Below, piece after piece: positions 50,208 to 64,000 of a DNA stretch of 64,000 nt (its first letter is position 1; each line of letters opens with the position of its first letter). Source of the DNA: Eledone cirrhosa (lineage: Eukaryota). Under the pieces are notes generated by a model. That model ran no database searches, was not told the origin of the DNA, and saw nothing but the letters and a program-made list of their open reading frames with translations. The translations under genes were made by a program, and so were the position numbers. The stretch spans positions 140,070 through 204,069 of the forward strand of contig CAXHJY010000304.1 of NCBI GenBank assembly GCA_964016885.1, written 5' to 3'.

Positions 50208-50746
50208 ATATGTATGTATGTATATATATATGTATGTATATATATATGTATGTATATATATATGTATGTATATATGTATGTATGTATGTATATATATATG
50301 TATGTATGTATGTATATATATATGTATGTATATATATATGTATGTATATATATATGTATGTATATATATATGTATGTATATATGTATGTATATATGTATG
50401 TATATATGTATGTATATATGTATGTATATATATATGTATGTATATATATATGTATGTATATATATATGTATGTATATATATATGTATGTATATATGTATG
50501 TATATATATATATATATGTATATGTATGTATATATATGTATATGTATATGTATATGTATGTATATATGTATGTATATGTATATGTATATGTATGTATATA
50601 TGTATGTATATGTATGTATATATGTATGTATATATGTATGTATGTATATATGTATGTATATATATATATGTATGTATATATGTATGTATATATATATGTA
50701 TGTATATATATATGTATGTATATATGTATGTATATATATATGTATG

Positions 50747-50786
<40 letters not shown>

Positions 50787-51736
50787 TGTATGTATATATA
50801 TATATGTATGTATATATATATGTATGTATATATATATATGTATATATATATATGTATATATATATATGTGTATATATATATGTGTATATATATATATGTG
50901 TATATATATATATGTATGTATATATATATGTATGTATATATATATATGTATGTATATATATATATATATGTATGTATATATATATATGTATGTATATGTA
51001 TGTATATATATATGTGTATGTATATATATATGTGTATGTATATATATGTATATGTATATATATGTATATGTATATATATGTATATGTATATATATGTGTA
51101 TGTATATATATATGTGTATGTATATATATATGTGTATGTATATATATATGTGTATGTATATATATATGTGTATGTATATATATATGTGTATGTATATATA
51201 TATGTGTATGTATATATATATGTGTATGTATATGTATATGTATATATATGTGTATGTATATATATATGTATATATATATGTGTATGTATATATATATGTG
51301 TATGTATATATATATGTGTATGTATATATATATGTATATGTATGTATATGTATGTATATGTATGTATGTATATGTATGTATATATGTATGTATATGTATG
51401 TATATATGTATGTATATGTATGTATATATGTATGTATATGTATGTATATATGTATGTATATGTATGTATATATGTATGTATATGTATGTATATATGTATG
51501 TATATATGTATGTATATGTATGTATATATGTATGTATATGTATATATATATATATATGTATATGTATGTATATATGTATATGTATGTATATATGTATATG
51601 TATGTATATATATGTGTGTGTATGTATATATATATGTATGTATATATATATGTATGTATATATATATGTATGTATATATATATGTATGTATATATATATA
51701 TATGTATGTATATATATATGTATGTATATATGTATG

Positions 51737-51768
<32 letters not shown>

Positions 51769-51774
51769 TGTATG

Positions 51775-51836
<62 letters not shown>

Positions 51837-51852
51837 TATGTATATATATATG

Positions 51853-51892
<40 letters not shown>

Positions 51893-52096
51893 TGTATGTA
51901 TATATATATGTATGTATATATATATGTATGTATATATGTATGTATATATATATGTATGTATATATATATGTATGTATATATATATATGTATGTATATATA
52001 TATGTATGTATATATATATGTATGTATATATATATGTATGTATATATATATGTATGTATATATATATGTATGTATATATATATGTATATATGTATG

Positions 52097-52160
<64 letters not shown>

Positions 52161-52306
52161 TATATATATATGTATGTATATATATATGTATGTGTATATA
52201 TATATGTATGTATATATATATGTATGTATATATATATGTATGTATATATATATGTATGTATATATGTATGTATGTATATATGTATGTATGTATATATGTA
52301 TGTATG

Positions 52307-52340
<34 letters not shown>

Positions 52341-52448
52341 TGTATGTATGTATGTATGTATGTATGTATGTATGTATGTATGTATGTATGTATGTATGTA
52401 TGTATGTATGTATGTATGTATGTATGTATGTATGTATGTATGTATATA

Positions 52449-52790
52449 TCATCATTCATCATTTCATTTTACGTCCGCTTTTTCCCTGCTTGCAAGGGTG
52501 GGACGGGAACTGATTCTGGCTTGATTTCTACAGCTGGATGCCCTTCCTAACACCAACCTCATTTACAGTGAGTGCTGGGTGCTTTTTTGCCGTGGCACCT
52601 CCACGACCACTTTGCAGTGGAATGATATGGACCCCAGTCCCTATCATCTCATTTTTACAGCTGAGTAAACTGGAGCAATGTGAAATAAAGTGTCTTGCTC
52701 AAGGAAACAACACATCACCCGGTCTGAGAATTGAACTCACAACCTTTCGATTGCAAGGCCAATGCTCTAACCACTAAGCCATGTGCCTCC
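52449..52790 (-). mobile_element. SINE family Y
   Basis: Reverse complement of 49121-49460; appears identical to 53906-54247. Confidence 0.9.
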
Positions 52791-53495
52791 ATATATATGT
52801 ATGTATGTATATATATATGTATGTATGTATATATATATGTATGTATGTATGTATGTATATATATATGTATGTATGTATATATATATGTATGTATGTATAT
52901 ATATATGTATGTATATATGTATGTATATATGTATGTATATATGTATGTATATATATATGTATGTATATATATATGTATGTATATATATATGTATGTATAT
53001 ATGTATGTATATATATATATATATGTATATGTATGTATATATATGTATATGTATATGTATATGTATGTATATATGTATGTATATGTATGTATATATGTAT
53101 GTATATGTATGTATATATGTATGTATATATATATATGTATGTATGTATATATGTATGTATATATATATATGTATGTATATATATATATATGTATATATAT
53201 ATATGTATGTATATATATATGTATATATGTATGTATATATATATATGTATGTATGTATATATGTATGTATATATGTATGTATATATATATATGTATGTAT
53301 ATATGTATATATGTATATATGTATATATGTATGTATATATATATATGTATGTATATATATATGTATGTATATATATATGTATGTATATATATATGTATGT
53401 ATATATGTATGTATGTATATATATATGTATGTATATATATATGTATGTATATATATATGTATGTATATATATATGTATGTATATATATATGTATG

Positions 53496-53535
<40 letters not shown>

Positions 53536-53581
53536 TGTATGTATATATGTATGTATATATGTATGTATGTATGTATGTATA

Positions 53582-53617
<36 letters not shown>

Positions 53618-53767
53618 TGTATATATATATATGTATGTATATATATATGTATGTGTATATATATATGTATGTATATATATATGTATGTATATATATATGT
53701 ATGTATATATGTATGTATGTATATATGTATGTATGTATATATGTATGTATGTATATATGTATGTATG

Positions 53768-53801
<34 letters not shown>

Positions 53802-53905
53802 TGTATGTATGTATGTATGTATGTATGTATGTATGTATGTATGTATGTATGTATGTATGTATGTATGTATGTATGTATGTATGTATGTATGTATGTATGT
53901 ATATA

Positions 53906-54247
53906 TCATCATTCATCATTTCATTTTACGTCCGCTTTTTCCCTGCTTGCAAGGGTGGGACGGGAACTGATTCTGGCTTGATTTCTACAGCTGGATGCCC
54001 TTCCTAACACCAACCTCATTTACAGTGAGTGCTGGGTGCTTTTTTGCCGTGGCACCTCCACGACCACTTTGCAGTGGAATGATATGGACCCCAGTCCCTA
54101 TCATCTCATTTTTACAGCTGAGTAAACTGGAGCAATGTGAAATAAAGTGTCTTGCTCAAGGAAACAACACATCACCCGGTCTGAGAATTGAACTCACAAC
54201 CTTTCGATTGCAAGGCCAATGCTCTAACCACTAAGCCATGTGCCTCC
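53906..54247 (-). mobile_element. SINE family Y (tandem duplicate, offset 1457 bp)
   Basis: Shares the private variants gatatggacc and catttttacag with 52449-52790. Confidence 0.9.
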
Positions 54248-55399
54248 ATATATATGTATGTATGTATATATATATGTATGTATGTATATATATATGTATG
54301 TATGTATGTATGTATATATATATGTATGTATGTATATATATATGTATGTATGTATATATATATGTATGTATATATGTATGTATATATGTATGTATATATG
54401 TATGTATATATATATGTATGTATATATGTATGTATATATATATGTATGTATATATATATGTATGTATATATGTATGTATATATATATGTATGTATATATG
54501 TATGTATATATATATATATATGTATATGTATGTATATATATGTATATGTATATGTATATGTATGTATATATGTATGTATATGTATGTATATATGTATGTA
54601 TATGTATGTATATATGTATGTATATATATATATGTATGTATGTATATATGTATGTATATATATATATGTATGTATATATATATATATGTATATATATATA
54701 TGTATGTATATATATATGTATATATGTATGTATATATATATATGTATGTATGTATATATGTATGTATATATATATATGTATGTATATATATATGTATGTA
54801 TATATGTATATATGTATATATGTATATATGTATGTATATATATATATGTATGTATATATATATGTATGTATATATATATGTATGTATATATATATGTATG
54901 TATATATATATGTATGTATATATATATGTATGTATATATATATGTATGTATATATATATGTATGTATATATATATATGTATATATATATGTATGTATATA
55001 TATATGTATGTATATATATATATGTATGTATATATATATATGTATGTATATATATATGTATGTATATATATATATATGTATGTATATATATATATGTATG
55101 TATATATGTATGTATGTATATATATATATGTATGTATATATATATATGTGTATATATATATATGTATGTATATATATATATGTATGTATATGTATGTATA
55201 TGTATGTATATATATATGTATATGTATGTATATATATATGTATATGTATGTATATATGTATGTATATGTATGTATATATGTGTATGTATATGTATGTATA
55301 TGTATATGTATGTATATGTATATGTATGTATATATATGTATATGTATGTATATGTATATGTATGTATATATATGTATATGTATGTATATGTATGTATGT

Positions 55400-55436
<37 letters not shown>

Positions 55437-55438
<2 letters not shown>

Positions 55439-58400
55439 ACTTTGAATAACTTTGAAATGTTTTGGCCAGTATTGGCCCAGGCCATGTCTAACTTAATAGC
55501 ACCACCTGGCGAAGTCTTTCAATTCAGGATTTGGGCACCATGGCCCATTCGAGAAGAGAATTACTGTTTGCGGAGACATATCCGGGTGTGGGTGGTTTGT
55601 CCGGGATTACTTGGAGGAATTTGTCCAAAGACTTCTTGAATTTTGTGTGGTCAGTTTCTGTTTTGACGTGTCCTGGTGTGATGTTGAAGAGAGCAGGGCC
55701 GATTGAGGTGAAATAATTGTGCCGTATTGTTGTTATGAGTTGCGATTTAGATTTTTGAATGGGACGGATAGCACGGGGCCCAAGCCTTGGGTGTATCTTG
55801 AAGGCGATGCCAACATCATTTGGGCAGTGATGATGGAACATTTTCCACATCATGCAGATAATATAACGCTCACGGCGACGTTGGAGTGAGTAAAGTTTCA
55901 GGTTTTCCAATCGACCCCAGTAGTCAAGGTCTGACATGCCATCTATCTTTTTCGTGATTGCCCTTTGAGGAGCTTCAAGTTTCATGATACTTTGTTTCGT
56001 GTGGGGAGACCACAGTGGACAACAGTATTCAAGGTGTGGTCGGGCGAAAGTAGAGAAGAGAAGGATAATGGTGCGGGAATCTCTCGACTGGAAGGTTCTG
56101 AGGATCCAGGAACACATTCTGCGGGCCATGTCAACTTTGCTGCTTATATGCGTGGTCCAGCTTATGTTGCTGTCCACGGTTACTCCCAAGTCTCTGATGT
56201 TGTTAGATGCCACGAGAGTTTCCCCGGAGGGAAGGGAGTACGGGAGTTTCAGAGCATCCTCTTTTCCAAAGTGGATCAGTTCGAATTTGTCTTCGTTCAG
56301 TAACATGTTGTTCTTTTCTGCCCATTGGGTAACAGCCAGTAGGTCTGACTGAAGGCTTATCCGGTCATCCACGCCATTGATGACCTTTTGGAGCTTGGAA
56401 TCATCAGCGAAAATTTTAATGTTGCTGTGTTTGATGATGTCAGTGATGTCATTAATATAGATGATGAAGAGAAGTGGGCCCAACACAGTGCCTTGTGGGA
56501 CTCCACTACTGACTTTGGCTGGGCTTGATTTGACTCCCTCAACTACAACATGTTGGGTTCTGTTTGACAGGAAGCTCTTGATCCACTGCAGCAGCTTTCC
56601 AGTGACACCAATATTGGACAGCTTTCTCAGTAGAATGTTATGATCAACCCTGTCAAAGGCCTTGCTGAAATCAAGGTAGATAACATCAGTGTTGGAACCC
56701 TCTCCCAAGGCTCTCAAAATGTCATCAAAGTGATGCAGTAGTTGCGTCAGGCAATCCCTTCCATTACGGAATCCATGCTGGTTGGAGTTCAGCATATTGT
56801 TACTCTCAAGGAAGTGGGTCATTCGCGATCTCACCACTCGCTCAAATACCTTAATGATATGAGAGGTGAGTGAGATTGGACGGTAATTTACGGCAAGGGA
56901 TTTGTTTCCCTTTTTGAAAACTGGGACAACAGACTGGGATAGGTTTTCTGGCACATATCCAGCATCCAGTGAGTTCCGCCACAGATTGGCAAGAGGAGAA
57001 GCAAGTTGGTGTTGACACGCCTTCAAGACACAAGCAGGGAACCTATCGGGACCTACTGCTGAATTATGCTTGATTTCCTTTATTGCCGCCAAGACATCAG
57101 GGGCGCCAAACGTTATGTCCGATAAGGTGTAATGGGGAGTAACATCGCCGATACAGCCCAGATCGGCCATATCAGGATTGCTGAAAACAGAGCAGTATTG
57201 TTTCTGCAGTATCTCACCCATGGTTTTAGCATTGTCTTGAAGAGTGCCATTTTCATCAATTAGAGGGCCAACAGTAGAGCCAGTGATTTTGTGTTTTTTT
57301 GCAAATGAAAAGAACACTTTGGGATTGAGTTTGATCTTCTCAATGGCCCAGGCCTCTTCAGCTCTTCTCTGATTGTTGATGAGGGACATTATGTTGTTTT
57401 GGAGGTTATGTTTTTTAATCTCTAGTGATGAAATGGCAGTCAAGTTGATGTGTTGCTGCTGACAGTATTTCAGCTTGTTGATTTTTTTGTTCGTTCTCTT
57501 AATTTTTCTGATGAGCGTTTTTCTATTTCTAGGGATTCTGCTCTTAGATTTGTTTATAGTTCTTAATGGGGTGTGTTTAGCACATATGTTTGTAACAGTG
57601 TCCACAAATGTCTGCCAGGACTTTTTGATGTTAGTGGGTGTATGAGTGTGCGTGAAGGACCAGTCGACATGTGCAAGATCATGACTGATCGCTTCCCAGT
57701 TTGCATTGTGGAAATCCATAGCGTCAAACGGATGGACAGGAGAGATGACATTGGGTTTGTATATTGGACGGTGGAATCTCAGATCACAGAGAACCATGTC
57801 ATGATCAGAGAGTAGAGTTTTCTCCACTGCAATATTGTGGATATTGTCAGTGTGATTGCTGAAAATTAAGTCTAGGACGTTTTTGTGGCACCTCGTTGGT
57901 TCGAGCACTAGTTGGGATAGGAAGAAATCATCCATGAAGTCAAGAAGCGATTCCACAGCTTCCCTGTCAGAGGTTGAGGCAGAAGAACCTGGTGGCAGGG
58001 TGTTTGTGGACCAGTCAACTCCGGGGAGGTTGAAGTCCCCTATCATTAAGATGTTGTCAGGGTGACACTCTTGGATGAAACACTTTATGCTGTTGAGGCA
58101 TTCCTTGAAGCATGGTACAGGCGTTTGGGGTGGCCTATAGAGCCCAACTACTAATAGGTTGTTGGTTTGACTGAATACAGTGACTGCCTCACAGTATCCA
58201 TTAGTGAATATGTTCATAGCCTCTGTTGAGAAAGAATTATGGACATAAATGGCAGTTCCGCCCTTTCTTCTGCCAGCCCGATCAGCACGGATGGCTTTGA
58301 AATTTTTCACTTTCACCTCGGCTTCCAAGTGGAGGTTACTGAGATGGGTTTCAGTGAGGACGAAGAAAGGGATGTGGTTTGGATGGACATCAATCCAGTC

Positions 58401-58725
58401 CTCCAGGAATTTGATCTTCCATTTTTGAGTATTGGTGGAAGGGCTGATGCCTTGGGCGTTAAGCAAAAATGTAGAGGCGAGAGTGGATGGTTTTAATTGT
58501 TTTGGTGTGTTGTTAATTTGTTTGTTTGTTAATGGCAGCAATGGGAGTTTGTGCAGTGGGGTGATAGTGGAGGGTGGTGCTGGGTGATAGCTCGAATGTT
58601 TTTTTCCAGTTCTTTTGCCAGATTCATTATGGCTAAAAAAGAGGAAGAAGTTTCCTGTTTAGAAGACTGTTGGTGACTGTGGTAGTGGTTATTTTTATGT
58701 AGGTTATGGTTTTTGTTTTTGCTTT
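55437..58725 (-). mobile_element. CR1-group LINE (LINE-B), 5'-truncated within ORF1, ORF2 intact
   Basis: About 60 codons of a putative ORF1 C-terminus, a full ORF2, and an ~85-bp 3' UTR ending (TTCAAAGTTA)2. Both ends abut TA/TATG arrays. Confidence 0.9.
55524..58541 (-). CDS. LINE-B ORF2p (APE endonuclease plus reverse transcriptase), uninterrupted 1005 aa
   Basis: [67 protein letters not shown] and SLQRRRERY. The start shown is a TTG. Confidence 0.95.
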   Translation of the reverse strand: MLPLTNKQINNTPKQLKPSTLASTFLLNAQGISPSTNTQKWKIKFLEDWIDVHPNHIPFFVLTETHLSNLHLEAEVKVKNFKAIRADRAGRRKGGTAIYVHNSFSTEAMNIFTNGYCEAVTVFSQTNNLLVVGLYRPPQTPVPCFKECLNSIKCFIQECHPDNILMIGDFNLPGVDWSTNTLPPGSSASTSDREAVESLLDFMDDFFLSQLVLEPTRCHKNVLDLIFSNHTDNIHNIAVEKTLLSDHDMVLCDLRFHRPIYKPNVISPVHPFDAMDFHNANWEAISHDLAHVDWSFTHTHTPTNIKKSWQTFVDTVTNICAKHTPLRTINKSKSRIPRNRKTLIRKIKRTNKKINKLKYCQQQHINLTAISSLEIKKHNLQNNIMSLINNQRRAEEAWAIEKIKLNPKVFFSFAKKHKITGSTVGPLIDENGTLQDNAKTMGEILQKQYCSVFSNPDMADLGCIGDVTPHYTLSDITFGAPDVLAAIKEIKHNSAVGPDRFPACVLKACQHQLASPLANLWRNSLDAGYVPENLSQSVVPVFKKGNKSLAVNYRPISLTSHIIKVFERVVRSRMTHFLESNNMLNSNQHGFRNGRDCLTQLLHHFDDILRALGEGSNTDVIYLDFSKAFDRVDHNILLRKLSNIGVTGKLLQWIKSFLSNRTQHVVVEGVKSSPAKVSSGVPQGTVLGPLLFIIYINDITDIIKHSNIKIFADDSKLQKVINGVDDRISLQSDLLAVTQWAEKNNMLLNEDKFELIHFGKEDALKLPYSLPSGETLVASNNIRDLGVTVDSNISWTTHISSKVDMARRMCSWILRTFQSRDSRTIILLFSTFARPHLEYCCPLWSPHTKQSIMKLEAPQRAITKKIDGMSDLDYWGRLENLKLYSLQRRRERYIICMMWKMFHHHCPNDVGIAFKIHPRLGPRAIRPIQKSKSQLITTIRHNYFTSIGPALFNITPGHVKTETDHTKFKKSLDKFLQVIPDKPPTPGYVSANSNSLLEWAMVPKS

Positions 58726-58809
58726 ATACATATACATATATATATATATATGTATATGTATATGTATATATATATATGTATATGTATATATATATATGTA
58801 TATGTATAT

Positions 58810-58903
<94 letters not shown>

Positions 58904-59004
58904 GTATATGTATATATATATATGTATATATGTATATGTATATATATGTATATATATATATATATATATATGTATATGTATATATGTATATGTATATCTA
59001 TATC

Positions 59005-59041
<37 letters not shown>

Positions 59042-59085
59042 GTATTATATATATATGTATATATATATATATATGTATATATATG

Positions 59086-59122
<37 letters not shown>

Positions 59123-59163
59123 GTATGTATATATATATATGAGTATATATGTATATATATGTG

Positions 59164-59196
<33 letters not shown>

Positions 59197-59237
59197 GTAT
59201 GTATATATATATATGTGTATATATGTATATATATGTG

Positions 59238-59308
<71 letters not shown>

Positions 59309-59318
59309 GTATATATAT

Positions 59319-60158
59319 ACTCTTTTACTCTTTACCTGTTTCAGCCATCCGGCTGAGGCCATGCTGGGGCACCGCCCTTGTTGCTACACATTTTATCTCC
59401 AGCCTGTACAGGTTGGCCACTGGTGTAGGAGGGAGTTTGTTGCTGCTGCCCTTAGGTTTCCCTCGTGTCTTGCTGTGGGCTCATCCGGGATCCTCGATAA
59501 CAAGGTGTCGAGATGTTTCTTAAAGACATCCACCTCCACGTCATGCAAGTCTCGCAGATGCCTCGGCAGCCTGTTGAAGAGTTGAGGGCCCTTGAATCCC
59601 AGGCTATTGCAATACCTGCTCCTTATTCTAGATGTGGAAGACGGGACCTTTGGCACCACACAGTGACGTCCTGTTCGACGGTTGGTCCAGCTCCCAATGC
59701 CAAAGTTTGGTGCTAGTCCCTCCAGGATTTTCCACATGTAGATCACTGCGTATCTCTCCCGTCTTCGCTCCAAGGAGTAGAGGTTCAGTTCCTTCAGCCT
59801 CTCCCAGTAGCTTGTCTCCCTCATCTTGGCAATCCTCTTGGTGTAGCTTCGCTGGATTGCCTCGAGCTCTGTGGTTAGTTTGACACTATGGGGTGACCAC
59901 AGCTGGGAGCAGTAGTCCAGGCGGCTTAGGACAAAAGTCCTCCACAGTGTCAACATGGTGTCTCGATCTCTTGTAAGGAAAGTCCTCAAGATCCAGCCAG
60001 CGAATCGTCTACATGCTGTCGCCACCTTCATGATGTGTGAAGAAAAAGATGCATCATCGCTCATGTCTATGCCCAGGTCTCGTATCGATTTTGACACGGG
60101 GATATCGGTCCCTCCTGGTCCTGTGTAGCTGTGTTCCGCTATATTTGTGTTTGTGATA
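59319..60158 (-). mobile_element. 5'-truncated CR1-group LINE (LINE-C): ORF2 C-terminus, 3' UTR and (GTAAAAGA)2 tail
   Basis: Open frame RDLGIDMS...LDYCSQLWSP...YSLERRRERY to the stop at 59393; related to but distinct from LINE-B; flanked by TA repeats. Confidence 0.92.
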
Positions 60159-60341
60159 TATGTATATATATATATTTATATATATTATATGTGTATATAT
60201 ATATATGTGTATATATATATGTATATATATATATATATGTATATGTATATGTATGTATATATATATATGTATATATATGTATATATATGTATATATATAT
60301 ATATATATGTGTATATATATATATGTATATATATATATGTG

Positions 60342-60372
<31 letters not shown>

Positions 60373-60405
60373 GTGTATATATATATGTGTATATATATAT
60401 ATGTG

Positions 60406-60436
<31 letters not shown>

Positions 60437-60525
60437 GTGTATATATATATATGTGTATATATATATGTGTATATATATATATGTGTATATATATATATGT
60501 GTATATATATATATGTGTATATATA

Positions 60526-60576
<51 letters not shown>

Positions 60577-60633
60577 ATATATATGTATATATGTGTATAT
60601 ATGTATATATATATATATGTATGTATATATGTG

Positions 60634-60666
<33 letters not shown>

Positions 60667-60970
60667 GTATGTATATATGTATATATATATATGTATGTAT
60701 ATATGTATATATATATATATATGTATGTATATATATATATATATGTATGTATATATATATATATATATCTATATATATATATATGTATACTATATATATG
60801 TATATATATGTATATATATATATGTATATATATGTATATATATATATGTATATATATATATATGTATATATATATGTATATATATATATATATCTATATA
60901 TATGTATATATATATATATGTATATATATGTATATATATGTATATATATATATATGTATATATATATATG

Positions 60971-61002
<32 letters not shown>

Positions 61003-61032
61003 TGTATGTATATATATATATGTATATATATG

Positions 61033-61081
<49 letters not shown>

Positions 61082-61096
61082 GTATATATATATATG

Positions 61097-61143
<47 letters not shown>

Positions 61144-61220
61144 GTATGTATATATATATGTATGTATATATATATATATGTATATATATATGTATGTATA
61201 TATATGTATATATATGTATG

Positions 61221-61251
<31 letters not shown>

Positions 61252-61304
61252 GTATATATGTATATATATATATGTATATATGTATATATGTATATATATA
61301 TATG

Positions 61305-61466
<162 letters not shown>

Positions 61467-61472
61467 TGTATG

Positions 61473-61535
<63 letters not shown>

Positions 61536-61550
61536 GTATATATATATATG

Positions 61551-61597
<47 letters not shown>

Positions 61598-61694
61598 GTA
61601 TATATATATATGTATATATATATATATGTATATATGTATATATATGTATATATATGTATATATATGTATGTATATATATGTATATATATGTATG

Positions 61695-61729
<35 letters not shown>

Positions 61730-61786
61730 GTATATATGTATATATATATATATGTATATGTATATATATGTATATGTATATATATG

Positions 61787-61817
<31 letters not shown>

Positions 61818-62125
61818 GTATATATATATATGTATATATATATATATGTGTATATATGTATATGTGTATATATGTATATATGTATATGTATATATATGTG
61901 TATATATGTATATATGTATATGTATATATATGTATATATATATGTATATATGTATATGTATATATATATGTATATATGTATATATATATGTATATGTATA
62001 TATATATGTATATATGTATATATATATGTATATATATATGTATATATGTATGTATATATATATATGTATATATATATGTATATATATATGTATGTATGTA
62101 TATGTATGTATGTATATATATGTAT

Positions 62126-62157
<32 letters not shown>

Positions 62158-62305
62158 GTATGTATATATATATATGTATATATATATGTAATATGTATAT
62201 ATATATGTATGTATATATATATGTATATATATATATATATGTATATATATGTATATATATATATATGTATATATATGTATATATATATATATATGTATAT
62301 ATATG

Positions 62306-62336
<31 letters not shown>

Positions 62337-62727
62337 GTATATATATGTATATATATATATATATATGTATATATATGTATATATATATGTATATATATGT
62401 ATATATATATGTATATATATATGTATATAATATATGTATATATATATGTATATATATATGTATATATATATATATATGTATGTATATATATATATATATG
62501 TATATATATGTATATATATATATATATATGTATGTATATATATATATATATGTATATATATGTATATATATATATATCTATGTATATATATGTATATATA
62601 GTATATATATATGTATATATATGTATATATATATGTATATATATGTAATATATATGTAGATATATATGTATATATATATGTATATATATATGTATATATA
62701 TATATATATATTATGTATATATATATG

Positions 62728-62758
<31 letters not shown>

Positions 62759-62779
62759 TATAGTATATATATGTATATG

Positions 62780-62810
<31 letters not shown>

Positions 62811-62811
62811 G

Positions 62812-62841
<30 letters not shown>

Positions 62842-62842
<1 letters not shown>

Positions 62843-63454
62843 GTCAGGTCACCAGTTGGTGCTACTGGTAACATGTATCCCAGTACAACCTGTCTCATGG
62901 TCGGGTCGTTGGCGACTAAAACTAAACTGGCAACCCCACCAAGGTTTCTTGGTGAGGAGGGTGACTTTGGACATCCTGCAGGACTAAAAACAAAACCTGT
63001 CAAAGGGCAAAGGAGCTCTGAAGAGTCAATGGCCATCCAAAATCACCGGGAGAGATGACCCCTTAGCCTTTGTCAAGGCAGAATTCTAGGAGAAGGAAAA
63101 CTCTGATATAACACCTGCAACCCTGATGGTATCCAATGATGTTGACTTGTTCTTCTTTTTGGTAAATATCATCTTGGTTAAGAGAGTGGGACTGGCTTTG
63201 TGCAGTGCCTTTGCTCACTATAAAAGCTTCACAGCACAGGCATTGCTTTATATCTGGAGATCTCTCTGCACTTGTCGTCACATGGTACCATGGGCCCAGC
63301 ACTATGTGTCAATAATTGTCACAGGTGTAGTGTTTGTACCAGAGTTTTCAAGTCGCTGGACTAAAAAGTCACACTCGTTCAGCGCACCGGTAGGGGTTCT
63401 CCTACATGGATATAAATTAGTGGCCGTACTCGAAAACGAGTTGGCAGCCACCAT
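62842..63454 (+). mobile_element. Element X, copy 4
   Basis: Same termini; small private duplication actaaaactaaa. Confidence 0.85.
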
Positions 63455-63563
63455 ATATATATATATATGTGTGTATGTATGTATGTATGTATATATGTTT
63501 ATATGTATATGTATGTATGTGTGTATGTATGTATGTATGTATGTTTATATATGTATGTATATG

Positions 63564-63599
<36 letters not shown>

Positions 63600-63648
63600 T
63601 GTATGTATGTATGTATATATGTGTGTGTGTGTATATGTATATATGTTA

Positions 63649-64000
63649 TGTCAGGTCACCAGTTGGTGCTACTGGTAACATGTATCCCAGTACAACCAGT
63701 CTCATGGTCAGGTCGTTGGCGACTAAACTGGCAACCCCACCAAGGTTTCTTGGTGAGGAGGGTGACTTTGGACATCCTGCAGGACTAAAAACAAAACCTG
63801 TCAAAGGGCAAAGGAGCTCTTAAGAGTCACTGGCCATCCAAAATCACTGGGAGAGATGACCCCTTAGCCTTTGTCAAGGCAGAATTCTAGGAGAAGGAAA
63901 ACTCTGATATAGCACCTGCAACCCTGATGGTATCCAATGATGTTGACTTGTTCTTCTTTTTGGTAAATATCATCTTGGTTAAGAGAGTGGGACTGGCTTT
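63649..64000 (+). mobile_element. Element X, copy 5 (runs off the window)
   Basis: 5' 350 bp match the other copies; shares the atgtta 5' flank with copy 1. Confidence 0.85.

Overview
Eukaryotic, AT-rich, microsatellite-laden animal DNA. The SINE/LINE repertoire points to a cephalopod (octopus-like) genome; this is inference, not a database result. Three spliced + strand host genes can be built. (1) A two-exon orphan gene (3389-3452 + 9526-9971, 169 aa) encodes a signal peptide, an Arg/Gly/Asp- and His/Asp-rich low-complexity body with two RGD motifs, and a GPI-type hydrophobic tail. (2) MRPL55 has three coding exons (21026-23584, 112 aa). (3) Exon 1 of signal peptide peptidase HM13 lies at 32924-33118, and its first intron appears to cover the rest of the window. 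The remainder is retroelements and repeats: decayed RTE, Tx1/L1, Penelope-like and Tc1/mariner copies, several tRNA-derived SINE families and a 47-bp minisatellite. From about 39.2 kb to the end there is a 25-kb nest with no unique DNA, in which CR1-type LINEs (two with uninterrupted ORF2), a non-autonomous RTE derivative and SINEs sit in (TA)n/(TATG)n arrays. The most notable signals are correctly phased -1 slippery heptamers at the ORF1/ORF2 junction of both young LINEs, whose ORF2s lack a usable AUG; type I hammerhead ribozyme motifs and long fold-back elements in the HM13 intron; and the orphan GPI-type protein. The many long Y/I/M/V/C/H/T ORFs in the track are microsatellite translations. 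Repeat boundaries are approximate, and family names come from motif recall.
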